This document shows, in pieces, positions 24,226 to 36,888 of a stretch of DNA of 64,000 bases (its first letter is position 1; each line of letters starts with the position of its first letter). Under the pieces are notes generated by a model that was given only the letters and a program-made list of their open reading frames with translations, was not told the origin of the DNA and did not search any database. Source of the stretch: Gekko japonicus. Lineage: Eukaryota. Both the position numbers and the translations under genes were made by a program. The DNA lies in assembly GCF_001447785.1 (NCBI RefSeq), contig NW_015177022.1, positions 978,654 to 1,042,653 of the forward strand, in the 5' to 3' direction.

Positions 24226-24298
24226 CCAATGTTGGGGTGAGGGAACTGCAGTAATGCCTCCAAATGCAAGATAGATGGCCTCCCATCTGATGATATTG
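24226..24298 (-). pseudogene. Pseudo-exon (3' boundary uncertain)
   Basis: Strong acceptor ccattttttgtttctttAG|; ISSDGRPSILHLEALLQFPHPNI; candidate donor GG|GTATGC, or the frame continues towards about 24040 through three TGA codons. Confidence 0.4.
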
Positions 24299-24924
24299 CT
24301 AAAGAAACAAAAAATGGAACCTAAGTTCTTGTGAGAGATTGGGGAGATCTACTGCACATGCCTTGTCACCAATATGACAAACATGGCTTGCTGTTGAGCA
24401 TTGAAAGAGAGATAGGAAGCACATCAGGGCACATGTTCCTGTTTTCATGCGAAGGATGAGGGTTAAGAACAGAGAATAGGAAGAGCATGCAAGGGGAGCA
24501 GAACTCAAGGGTGTGCTGCTCATGGCTGGTAGTCAAATTGCAAGTTGAGCAGAGCCATGTTTCTATGCAGCTATTGTTGAAAATGAAGATATTTACAAGG
24601 ATCTACGCATAAGGATATCCCCCCCAAAATAAGTGGTTCAACTCAGAGCCTTAGTTTAGGCTGAACCAACTTTTCTCAGCATGAAAAACCCAGCCAAAGG
24701 GAAGCCTTGAGAAGTGAATGCATTATGGTTGCCTAGCCTTGATTGGTTCTTGAGAGAAAACTCATTATTTATATTAAAAGATTATGTGCTACTTAAATTT
24801 GAAAATTTGGAACAATTGGTTTCAGATATTGGGTGGGGGGGTTATCTTCAAGAAGTTCCTAGGGGTCTTGAGCATAGAACCTGGAAACAAGGCGGGGCCA
24901 ACATATTACTCACTGTACCACCAG

Positions 24925-25199
24925 AGAAGAAGAGATTGGATTTATACCCCGCCCTTCTCTACCTGAAGGAGTCTCAGAGTGGCTTACAATCCCTTCCCCT
25001 TCCCCTCCACACAACAGACACCCTGTGAGGTAGGTGGGGCTGAGAGAGTGCTTTCAAGAACAGCTCTTGAGAGAACAGCTCTGAAAGAACTTATGACTGA
25101 CCCAAGGTCACACTAACAGCTGCATGTGGAGGAGTGGAGAATCAAACCTGGTTCTCCCAGATTAGAGTCCATGCTCCTAACCACTACACCAAACTGGCT
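24925..25199 (-). mobile_element. Squam3-like SINE (form with internal insertion)
   Basis: Consensus-like copy including the tttcaagaacagctcttgagagaacagctctg insertion; head reads gagccagtttggtgtagtggttag on the minus strand. Confidence 0.85.
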
Positions 25200-27308
25200 C
25201 TCATGGTCAGGCAAGTTGAAGCACCAATCCCACAAATGGTCACTCAGAAAACGTCAGCCTAGGACAGCCCAGCAGAGGGCTAAGCCAGTTAGAGCAGAGA
25301 TAGGGATATATAATGTAGGCCTTGACTTCTCCATCCTGAGAATCTTCATGAGACAGTGGCCATCCTTCAGAGCACCTGAAACTGACATGTTTTTAAATGG
25401 CACTGTAATTTACGAAACAATGACCTGGCTCCATCTGTAGCCCAGTAATCCTCCTCAGAGAAGCATCCTATGATTGCTTAGGTAACACATGCTGTGACTT
25501 GACTGTCTCCACACTACAAATCCCAGGCAGCATTGTGGGCCTAGGCATGCCCCAAAATGATGCAAGCTGATTTTGAGTTCTTAAAATTTTTGTTTTCAAG
25601 CATTTCTGAAGAAAGCTCATAATGGGTGGCCCAGGTATAGTTTGAGCAGAGAGGGTTTTGCTAAATATTAGCTGAAATGAATGGAAGTTGCAACAGAGCA
25701 GTGACTGGCTGGGTAGATTACACCACCTGTCTGTGAGACCATTGATAATCTTGGATCATTTTGAATTTGAGGAATATAATAATAACCTTTGAACAATCAC
25801 CCTACAGTTAATGTTTAATTTGTACAGCCAGTGCCTGCAGTTCTTCAATTCAGTTATCATGTGTCTAGTGCCAAATGGGTTCCTCAGATGTTGGAGCCTC
25901 TAAAATTACCATTCTTATCTGAACATCTGATTCTTCTAATAGATGATGACTTTCTCCCTTGGATGAAAACCATAAACTGCAAAACCCCATTGGATTCCTG
26001 CAGGCTGGATTTCTCAAGGCATTTTAGAAAAGGTCTGAGTTGCTTGGGGTGCCAGATCATGTTTTGAAAACTTTGTACCTTCATGGAGGAGGGGGAATCT
26101 CTTTCTGTATTCTGCTGAGGAACTTTGAGCACATCTCATGCAACTCCCACATGTGGCAAACAGTTCTGTGATACAGACTAAGGCGAATGCACAATTCACA
26201 GGAGACACAGGCCAGGCTTTCGGAGCCTGAGTCTGCTTAGAAGGTGATCCTGTACTTTTCAGTTGTTGTGTTCTGCAAGGGGACGGGAATCATCAGCAGA
26301 TGGTTTTGGGTCTTACTGCATTTTTAGGCATGTGCTTTATGGTAGCCTTACAGCAGTTTTGCAGCACTGTGAACCAGCAAGGTACACTCCATTTTCAATA
26401 GGACAGCTCACTTTCATCTGAAAAAATATGAGCTTTCTGGCAACCTGAATCATAGATATGCCCAGTCATTGTCTTTATGTATTTTAATTTTTTTTTTTAA
26501 AAAAGATGATCTTGTTTAATGACTTTGTTCTAATTATAAAGCTGAAAGAAATGAATTCTGCTTATATACAGCTGGTTTTATGGGTTTTCATTCACACTTG
26601 TGCTCTTGGTTGCTGCTCTCAACATCTTCCAGTATTTCAAATGGGGAGGCTGAGAGAGCTCCCAGCATGTATGGCTGGCGGCCTCCCAGTTTGCATGAAC
26701 ATAATGTCTGCAGATGGTGTATGTTGTCTGGTGAATTCCTGGCTGAGGCAAAATTTGAACCAGGAGCATCCTAGAGGATAGAGAGATTATTCTCCTGCTC
26801 CCACAACACAGGAATTTGAGGGGAGGGGCAACCTCAAGAATTTGATGAGTTGTAGATTAGAATGTACATATTTTCCAGGGTTGTTTGTCAACAAAATAAG
26901 CAATATACATTGTACTTATTTTATATACATAAAATCACATGTTCATTCTTTCTTCTAGGCAAACAAATAATCAGTATCTGCAATGAAATGGATTGACCAG
27001 AATCATTCCCGGGGCTTATATATATATGTTCTCGGGGCTATCTCGGGGCTAGGTGAAGATATCATGGGCCCAAGGATACAAGCTATCCATGGGTGCTTTC
27101 TCTGCCCCTAATCATGGTTCCTCTTTGTCAGGAAATGGGAGATTGCTCCAGAGGTCCTTGTGATACCCAAGAGCCTCTGGGACAATCTTCCATTTCCTGA
27201 TTGAGGCAGCTGTGGGGGGATTGGGGCACCAAGCTCCATCCCCAACCTGTTTTGGTAAGTCAGTCTGAATTATGGTTTGAAGACGGGGAAAGTGGAGTCT
27301 ATTTAATA

Positions 27309-27341
<33 letters not shown>

Positions 27342-28122
27342 ATAACTAACATACTTACATATATTTAAGCATGGAGACCTGTGCAGATGTTACGTTCATG
27401 CCAACTGGGAGCCCATCAGCCACACATGTCAGGAACATGCAGTCCCCATGATGCGTCTGGTATGTACAGTCACCATATGGCTTGTGTACTGCTTTCATAC
27501 AGGCATAAACACTTAGAAAATCCAGGTGTTGCTCCATTAACACAATCCAAGGATTGTGCATATTGGGTGCATCGTGGAGACCATGTGGTCTAATATGCAC
27601 ACCTGGTGAATTCCCAGTTCATGTGAATTTAACATTTTCAGATGGCGTATATGTCTTGTGCCTATGTATGTGCTCCTTCTGCATGACTGGGAATCCTGAA
27701 AAGGCAACTACACACATGTCCATCTGTATACCTATAGGTTCCATACATATTTTAAAATGATCGTGTGTAAGGTATCTTTCACATTGCCTTAAAAATCCAC
27801 TTGCATTACCCAATGTTAGCGTGTTTTTTCCTTGTGTTCAGACAACTACATAAACATCCCACAGCTGTCTCATTCCATCTCCGTTTCCCCCCTTTTCCTA
27901 ATAAAACTGGTTTCTCCCGCACCTTTTTTCCAAAGTGAAATGTATTCGCAACAAAGCCTGTGCTCATAATCTGAACTAAGTTTTTTGCATTGGTAACTTA
28001 CGGCATAACCTGTCCACATAAAAACCCGCCCAGAAAGGGAGGACAAGTTTGAGTGTTTTTTAAAAAAATTGCATCCCAGTGCTGAAATGTTTCAGCGATG
28101 AAAGGTGACAGCATTGAAACAA

Positions 28123-28153
<31 letters not shown>

Positions 28154-28986
28154 TGTCAGGGAAGTAGATCTTTCCTTTGTGATTTCCCCCTACCTCTTTG
28201 GCATGATTTCATTCTGTCCCTTTCAAACGTCTGAAGGGGGTTTATGTTTAAAAGAGTTACTGCAAAGTCTTTTCTCCCCTCTTTCTTTCCTTGTTTTAGA
28301 GCCAGCAAATGTTTTTGGCTTTGCTGGTCTCTTAGGAACAAATAAGAGAATCAGATATTTTCCATGTTTTCTGGAGGAGTTAAAAAAAATTGGCCTGCCC
28401 TTTCGGCAGGAATCCGTGGATTTTAGTTATGAAAAACAGCTTTGGTCACTTAGGAAATGTTTAAACACATACACACACACACATTTTATGTGACTTTATC
28501 TTTAATTCATTTCTCTCCACTTAAGTTCAACTCCATCTTGCTCCAGCCAGCTGGTTCCAATCATTTTGAGGAGAATGCTATTTATTACGTGTATGTCAAA
28601 ACCTTCAGCTCCTACCCATTCTCCATCGCAAACAGGCCCATCGGTAGCCCAGGTGGGCTTTGAATTACTCCAGAAAGTAGGTAAGTGAGAATCTATTTAT
28701 TACTTACTTGTAGAGTGCCAATGTAGAGGGTGCCAATTAAGGCAGGAAACTGACAATATTTGGCAACTTTCACCAACTGCAAGATTAGGAAATCAGGAAT
28801 ACTACTAAAAATTTTTTTCCAACTAAAGTAACCACGATTGGTCTATGCTGGGAAAAAATGTCTGGAATACGTTAAAAAGAACTGGCTGCTGTGTCATTCT
28901 TCCTGTACAGTCTTCCTGTTCTCTCACTCACTCAAAAATGTGGGTAAGAGCAAAGACTTCTTTAAATTACATGAACTACCTGGGGT

Positions 28987-29085
28987 GGGGCTGTGGCTCG
29001 GTGGCAGAGCATCTGCTATGCATTCAGAAGATCCCAAGTTCAATCCCCAGGATCTCTAGTTAAAAGAATCAGGTGGGAGGTAGAA
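28987..29085 (+). mobile_element. tRNA-derived SINE head (family with CR1-type tail)
   Basis: A box TGGCTCGGTGG and B box GTTCAATCCC; related copies at 35160-35350, 40865-41035 and 58190-58388. Confidence 0.7.
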
Positions 29086-29424
29086 AGGAGCGTTCCAGAA
29101 TGTGACCCTTTACTTGTAGCCTGAAGTGGAGCAGGCCATTCTATCATCTTATTCTGTTGCCTGCATAGAATATCGAGATTCAGTTATTCTAGGCAAATAG
29201 ATACTGTATACTAAAATCCAACATTAGGTCATGCCTTTTCTTTTTAGGTGGTATGGAAACCCCAGATTTAGACTGGCTTAAAAGTAATTCTTCTCACAAT
29301 TGACATTATTTTTATTTATTTATTTATTTGCTTTCAATTTGTATCCCGCCTTACCGGTATGAACTGGCTCAAGGCGGCTTACACAGTTAAAATACAATAA
29401 GACCAATAAATACACTAACATTAC

Positions 29425-29750
29425 TGTTACGTATGACGCTTTACTCGGAGGATCAGTTCAAAAAGTGATTCAGCTTTATTCCCAGTTCAGGAACAGTGAG
29501 AACAGCACGAAACGGTTAGTCCTGCTAAGGACTAGACCAGCTAGACAAATTCAGTAGGCAAACGGATACTTATATATAATTCTGGCTGAGATAGCCACAC
29601 CCACAATATGTACAGTATCCAATCACATTATGTACGTTACAGCACCAATCAAAACCATTCCCTCTAGAACGCACACCATTGGTCATATTTACAATCTGCA
29701 TAATGAGCGATGCTTGATATGCTTACTGTTATGTCTCTCAGGACACAACA
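29425..29750 (-). mobile_element. Solo LTR (326 bp)
   Basis: TGTT...AACA termini; exact 5-bp TSD ATTAC (29420-29424, 29751-29755); minus-strand TATA run at about 29570 and AATAAA at about 29475-29480; several CCAAT motifs. Confidence 0.85.
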
Positions 29751-30439
29751 ATTACAATAAAAACAATTATGTAAAGTGCTGCTATATAAACAGATAGTGG
29801 GAATTTCTGTACATTGTCCGATGGGAAAAGGCCATATCCGGCGTTGTTTCATAGGGCTATGAGATGTTCGATGTACAAAGGCTGTCAGTGGCGGCTCCTA
29901 ATCTCATCCAGAAGATACATAATAGGATCTAAGGATTTCCAGAGATTGTAAACCTCTGAATGCAAGTATTGAGAAGGCAACATTTGGGGATGGCCTTAGC
30001 TCTAGTTTGATCCATCAAGGCACTCTTTATGTTCTTAGGAGAATGTAGAAACGTTCTCAGTACTGTGGGAGTGGCACACACCTCTGCTGCCTGAAAGCAC
30101 TTAACTGAATACAGAACATATATGTAGAGCACCATTTTAGCTTGTATGTACTAATGTTTTAATGTATTCTATATTTTAATCCGGCATTGCCGCTGTTCGC
30201 TGCCCTGGGCCGCTTGGGTAGGGCGGGATATAAATCCCAAGTAAATAAAAATAAATAAATATGTTTAAACTACTTGTACTACATTTCACATCTTTCTGCA
30301 GGTGGAAATAACTACTGCTGTTATGCAGCCCTAGTAGAGCACTATTCACACATTCTCCGCTGGACATCTAAGAGGAAAACATAATAAGATCTCAGAGAAA
30401 GGCTATGCCCATGACTTAAGTTGAACATAGTCCTACAAA

Positions 30440-30780
30440 CAGGGGTCATTTCGTAGAAAAAGAGCTAGGGGAACTCATTAGCATAACTCATTAGCATATG
30501 CCACACCCCCTGACATCAGTGGCCCGGCGGTGGACCTGCAAGGCCAGCGGGAGTGCGAGGAAGCCCCGCCAAGGCCTTCCCTGGCCCCAGGCAGGCAGGG
30601 GTGGGGAGAGGCGGGGAGGAAGCAACTTACCCTCCCTCTTCTCCTGCCTCCTCCTGGCTGAATGAGGGCTGGAAGTGGGGCAGCCGGAAGCAGGGGGCGG
30701 GGCTTCGTCATGTGCCCCGCCCCCTGCACCTCACCGGGGGGAACTGCGTTCCCCCGCGTTCCCCCCCGAAATGACCTCTG
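30440..30780 (+). mobile_element. Non-autonomous hAT MITE, copy 2
   Basis: Same TIRs as 1691-2032; exact 8-bp TSD CCTACAAA (30432-30439, 30781-30788); about 10 substitutions and 1 indel versus copy 1 by manual count. Confidence 0.92.
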
Positions 30781-30808
30781 CCTACAAATGTACAATTGTA
30801 TGTGTGTA

Positions 30809-31345
30809 GGGCCTGTCCTGGATAGCCCAGGCTAGCCCAGACTCATCAGATCATGGAAGCTGAGCTGGATTGGCCCTGGCGAGTATTTGGAAGGGAGATC
30901 ACCAAGGAACACCAGGGTCACTATGCAGTGGCAGCAAATAGCAAACCAACTCTGACCGCATCTAACAACTGAACTGTGACAAGGCCTGTTCCCCCTGGAC
31001 TCACCATCAGCAGCCTGTACCCACCAGTACCCACCATAAGCTGAACTCCAACACTGACTATATTCCTTTGTGACCTTTCCATCATGGCCTGTTATTACCG
31101 CTATGCAACACTACTACTGCCATCAGCATTGTTACAAGCACTTTATGATTGTTTATCATTCTTTAGGAATAATTATGATATTTTATAATTGTGTTGTTTT
31201 ATGTGTTTTTAACATTTTATGTAAACCACCCTGAGCCTGCTCAGGTGGGAAGGGTGGGATATAAATTTAATAAATAAATAAAAAAACAAATGCGTCTTGC
31301 CTTGAAAACACTATGGAGTCAACATAAGTCAGCTGTGACTTGACA
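30809..31345 (+). mobile_element. 5S-derived SINE split by an L2-type 3' tail insertion (about 30963-31290)
   Basis: 5S-like head at 30809-30920; SINE tail tcttgccttgaaaac..cataagtcagctgtgacttgac resumes at about 31292; the insert ends gtaaaccaccctgagcc..aataaataaa. Confidence 0.7.
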
Positions 31346-32279
31346 GAAAAAAAATGCATGTAGGATCTGCACTTTTCCTTTGTAGGATTTCCACTTGCAT
31401 GAATAGAACCTATACAAATACAGTTGTTTGCATGTAAGGCTCTATGTGCACCATCAGTTGACTACATTATGGGGCAGTGGTATAATTCTGCACGTGCGCG
31501 CGCGCGCACACACACACACACACGGAATTCAGTGAACATGTACTGAGGATTTTGGAAAGTGGCAAAATGAGTAACTGGTTCACTGCTGAAGTCTATGCCT
31601 GACCAGCCAGATTTTACAGGTTTTCTTAGTGCGTAGTGATGTGTGTTCAGTTATATTCCATGGAGATCCATGATTACTGGATTTGTGACTGTGCTTTGAG
31701 ATCAGTCCATTTAAGCTTGCAATGCCAGTGGCACTGGATTCTGCTGGGAACTCTGTGATTGCACTGATACTACTGGGCACTCTGTACATTGTACTGTTTC
31801 TGCCAGGCTTGCAAAAATGTCCCCCTTTGCTTGGATCGTGATTGAGCATTGCCACATTGGCACTCGGTTTTGCCGGGCTTGCAAAAATGCCCACCACCTT
31901 TAGTTTCTACTGCAGAGATTCTTGGGGACTTTGATTCTGTTCTGCTGGGCTTCTGTTGCCCTAGCTTCTTTTGATGGTTTCTTTCCTCCTTTGCAAACAA
32001 TAGAGGATGGGGGCACCTTCTTTGGGGGGCTGTAACTCGGACCCCATAAATTCAATCCTCACCAAATTTGGAGGGCAAGTAGAAGAGATTTAGCTAGAGA
32101 TTGCCTGTGAGTTTGGTGTCTCTAGCAGGCCGGGGGGGGGGAGATCTACCACATCACGAACCTCATGGACTGAACCAGTTTGTTTGGCTCATAAAAGTTT
32201 GTGGTGTTTTATGATCTGTGAACTGGGCACCATGAACCACAAACCACATTTTCCAAGTTCATACCCATCTCTAAACACA

Positions 32280-32525
32280 TCTCTCCGGAAAGCAGTGAAG
32301 ACGGAGTTCTTCCGCCAAGCATTTAACAACCTAGATTAAGCATGAAAGCACTTTATGGTTTGCCGCCATGAGTATGTTGTACTGTATGTAATTTCGATTT
32401 TAATGTATTGTTATAGACTGTTTTAGAGATATTGTTTTGTTGTTTTATTGTTGTAAGCCACCCTGAGCCGCTTTGGCGGGAGGGCGGGATAAAAATCAAA
32501 TAAATAAATAAATAAACAAACAAAT
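32280..32525 (+). mobile_element. L2-type 3' end
   Basis: VKTEFFRQAF followed by tgtaagccaccctgagccg..gggcgggata and (AAAT)n. Confidence 0.7.
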
Positions 32526-35500
32526 TTATCTTCCCCTTATTTGCTGTTTATGATTCTGGTTGCAAAAACAGTAAGAAGTAATAAATAAATCTTCCCCTTA
32601 GACCATAACTCCAGTGGCTGCTCCCAAAAAATCATTGGGAAAAATATTGTAGAATTACACATAATATGTTACCTCTCCAGTCCTGATTTGCACATGTATG
32701 CAGTAGCACTACCTTTATTGTTGTTGAATGCGTGAGCTAACTCCACTGAAAAAAATTGTGTGTGGGGAGGAAGGAAGGTAGATTAGAAATATTTTAATAA
32801 ATATACAAATATTCAGTGCATTTATTTAAATATCTCTACCCTGGTTTTCTCCCCCAAAGCTGCTTACAACAGGAAAAAACCCATGTAAATATCAAAGGAA
32901 ACAACCCATTATGTCTTGGGCCAATCCTGGGCTCACTGGGTGACCCACCTGATTGCACAGGCTGAAAGTCAAAGGGCCAAGAGGCCTTTGGCTTGTCCCA
33001 AAGGGCTCATGCATCTGGCAACACCCAAGTTTTATAAAGTACCTGGAAAAGGAAGGGAAATGCCAGTNNNNNNNNNNNNNNNNNNNNNNNNNNNNNNNNN
33101 NNNNNNNNNNNNNNNNNNNNNNNNNNNNNNNNNNNNNNNNNNNNNNNGAGTCAGCAAGTAAACCTGTATCTGTGGACCATATTGCATACAGGTCATCACT
33201 TGATGTTTCATTCATCAAGTGATGAACTGGCGTGTCTGAAGCAGCCCCCTCCCCATGCAGAAATCATCCATGCATATATGAACTTGCTTTGAATCCTAAT
33301 CAATGGTGATTAATCACATGGTCTGAAACATGCCTTGGGACATTTCCTGAACTGGAGTACTAATCTACTTATTTTCTATTCTGAGGCTCCAGGTCTGTTA
33401 TATTTCATTTTTTCCTTCTTCTCATCTCAGGAATACTGTCTAGTGGCATTACTTTCTGCTTTGTGTTATCTCCTGGTTTTATTTTTCCCCTGAACCCTCT
33501 TGGGAGAGTTTCTATCACTCCAGTTTTCTGGGAAATCTATTGTTGTTGTATTAAGTATTTTTAATCCAGGAAGAGGGGAGTGCAGGTTGTGTGGTCCAGA
33601 AACACAATTTCCAAATCGGCAAAACATGGAAGAAGACAGTATGGTTCAAAATTTTGTCTCCATGCAACCCCATTGCACTCTGTCACATCTCCCCTTCCCT
33701 GTACCACTGATTTATCATTAATCCATTTAAATGTGCAATTTTTTTTCCAAGGGAAACCGACAGAAAACATCTGCATATTGAGTAATATTAGCTAGAGTTT
33801 GTGTCTCAAGTGAGACTAACTGACAACCCTCATTTATTATGCTGGTGTCGGCTTAATTGGTTTGACGTACGATTTGGACTTCGGGGGGTGGTGGTGGTGG
33901 TGGAAATCGGTAGCTTTGGGATCTTTGTTGGGTGGGATTAGAAAGGGAAGGAAGGAAAAGAATCAAAGATGTAGAATAATGATGGTAGGAATGTATGTTA
34001 AAATTCCAGCACAGAGGACCTGCTTTAATAGAGTTGCTTCAGCAAGGTATTAGCTATTAAGCCATATGGTTTAGGTTACAGGCCTCATCCTTTGTTTCCT
34101 GCTTATGCTGTCAAGCTTTAATGTGATTGTTTTGATTCCTAATGCTTTAATGCATCACTCCTCTCCATGCATTAGGCTAATAACTTGGGTCCCCATCTTA
34201 AGGGCACTGTAGCTATCCATTACTCTTCATGAGTTGCTTGTCCCTAGATAGTGAAACATATAATACGCTTTAAAAGAATCTTATCTCTGTAAATCTAGTC
34301 TTTATAAGGTCCAAATACTAAGATTACAAACTACAATTTCAAACTAGTAGCCTACTAGTGCAATCCTAAACACAGTCACACCCTTCTAAGTCCATTAATG
34401 CCAATGGAAGGTTGTAACTCTGCTTAGGGGAAGCAGATTTGGGTGCAGTTTTAAGATAATTTTAAGATGATGCCTTCTACCGAGTCTGATTGTTGGGCCA
34501 TATGGACCAGTATTGTCTACTGTGATTTGCAGACAATAGTGAGTTATGTGGACAAATGAACAGACTCAATAGAAGGCACTTTTCCATTCTCCAAACGACA
34601 TGCAAGTTTCTAGCATATGCATATTCCATTGCTACCTGAGATCCTGGAGACAGTGGGAGTGACACTGAGTGCTTTACTGCCATTTTATAGTTCTAAAACC
34701 TTATTTGAGAATACAGCAAAATTAATCTGGGCAATTTGTCTGTCTATCATGTAGACCACCAAAGGGAAGTATAAGGATTTTAATAAAGATTTTGACCAAG
34801 GGTATCTGTAATTTTTAATCCCACTTTTCCCTCTAAGGATATCAGGGTAGTGTATAAGAGTCTGTACTACTTCTTAGAAAGGTAGGTTAGTCTGACAAAG
34901 AGTGACTGGCCTACAGTTGCCAGTGAACTTCATCGCAATTTGAACCTGGATCTCTGCAATCCGTGTCTAATACCCTGTACCTAGTCCAGTGGCCTGTGCT
35001 GTTCATTCACATGGGTATCCATTTTGCATCTATGTTTTATGGATGAAATTACCTAGACTGCCTGGCTATATTTAACAGAAGGACCACATTGAATCACGTT
35101 TCTTAAACCCAGTCCAGGTATTGATCCCTACATGTAAACCCTGTGCTCCAGTTATAGCTCCTCTCCTAGGCATAGCATAGACAGGAATTTCTGGTTCAGT
35201 TCTCTTTCTCCTCCAGTTACAGGATCTTGGCCAGGGAGTTCTGGTAAAGACCTTTTTCTTCCTGATACCCTGGAGAGCTGGCTGCTGCCATTGGCCAGTA
35301 CTGAGCAATATGGACCTAGGATCAGACTCTGTATAGGGCAAATTCTTATAGTACTGTTCTCACAATTTCTAGGGTTGTTCCCATCTGTCTTATATATAAT
35401 CTCAACTGATGGTCAATGCAATCTACTGCAGACATACTTCAGTCTAAGCCCACCGATTTCAGCTTGACTAGAGTAACTCTGATTGCACTGGAAATTACCT

Positions 35501-35624
35501 GTACCCACATGATATATGTCATGACTATTTGTGGGGCAGGGCTTTTAATTAGGGGGGCAGAGCCCCAAAATGCCCCAAGGTGGCTATGGGCCTGCATGTC
35601 ATTGATCAGGCACTGCATACCTTG

Positions 35625-35895
35625 AGGAGGAGGAGGAGATTGGATTTATACCCTGCTTTTCACTTGGAGTCTCAGAGTGCCTTACAAACTCCTTTCCCTT
35701 CCCCTCCCCACAACAGACACCCTGTGAGGTAGGTGGGGCTGAGAGAGCTCTTTCAAGAACTGCCCTTTTAAGGACAGCTCTGACAGAACTATGGCTTGCC
35801 CAAGGTCATCCAGCAGCTGCAAGTGGAGGAGTGGGGAATCAAACCTGGTTCTCCCAGATTAGAGTCTGCGCACTTAACCACTACACCAAACTGGC
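35625..35895 (-). mobile_element. Squam3-like SINE
   Basis: Near-complete copy homologous to 24925-25199 with a (GAG)n tail. Confidence 0.85.
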
Positions 35896-36888
35896 AAACA
35901 AGCAAGCTGGAGTATGTGCTCAGTGCATTGGGAACTCCTTCCCTCTGTCTGGGGTTCAAGTACCTTAAAGTTCTTACCAATCCTGTCTCACTCAAAGGGT
36001 CTCAAAGCAGATGATGGGAGGTATCATCTCCAGCCCACTTCCTTACCAGTGCCCCATACAGCCCATACCACCTTTCTTTCATCCCTGCTCTCTGAACTGC
36101 TTTTTGAGATGGCAGGACATCAGCTGTAGCGTTTGCATGGCTGCACAAAAAAAAGAGAGAAAAAACTCTAAAATCCTTCATCAAGGAAACCCAGGAACTA
36201 TCTTTTTACAATAACATCTGCAAATTTGCATACATCTGGTTAATTTGCATAACTGATTTTGATGGCATTTATTGATTGTGCTATTTGGAATATTTTGACA
36301 AGGGAAGAGGGGGGGTGTCATAATGAGGAGAAAGGGAAGTAAGAGTGAAAGAGCTGGAGGGTTGTAGAAGGACAGACAGCTACATTGGATGCATACAGAA
36401 GCATGTCTAGTACAGAGCCTCATTGGGGAGACCAGCTTCTCCCATCATGGTCTGTCTGCATATTTAGATACTTGCCCCCATGTGCTTCTACTATCAGAGG
36501 TATGGTGGGTGATGAACAGGACAAGGCCTTTTTTATCACTAGCAAAATGGAACTCTCTTCCTATGAAGTGGAACTCCATCCCTATCTCTATCCCTGCTGG
36601 CCTTTAGGCAGCACACAAAGTTGGGGTTGTTCTTGAAAACTTTTGGGATTGTCAAAAATATTCTTCCATTTGTAAGTAGTATATTGCTGTTGTTCTTCTT
36701 TGATAGCTGGTTTTAAGGATTCTCCATTGGTTAAGTGAAATATCTATTCCCCAACTCAGCTAAGTGTGACCCATAAGGAGAAGGATGGAAAATGAAAGAG
36801 CATGTGTCTAAAGTTAATTAGGTTATTTAATAGCTGTTTCTATCCTGGTGTGAGTCTTCACTCCTTTAAGCAAAGGATGATGTAAGAC

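Larger units (their letters stand above)
8690..26165 (-). pseudogene. Probable unprocessed (multi-exon) pseudogene of an unidentified coiled-coil protein
   Basis: Series of exon-sized minus-strand blocks bounded by pyrimidine tract+AG and mostly GT donors, translating to E/K/Q/L-rich peptide with in-frame stops and frameshifts; see the individual pseudo-exons. The 5' extent beyond about 24.3 kb is uncertain. Confidence 0.6.

Noticed and set aside
28547-28680. Plus-strand exon ending at AG|GTAAGT
   Set aside because: Good donor but no partner exons or recognisable peptide; cannot be supported
28987-29060. tRNA gene
   Set aside because: A and B boxes are present but the sequence runs into a SINE body and is degenerate
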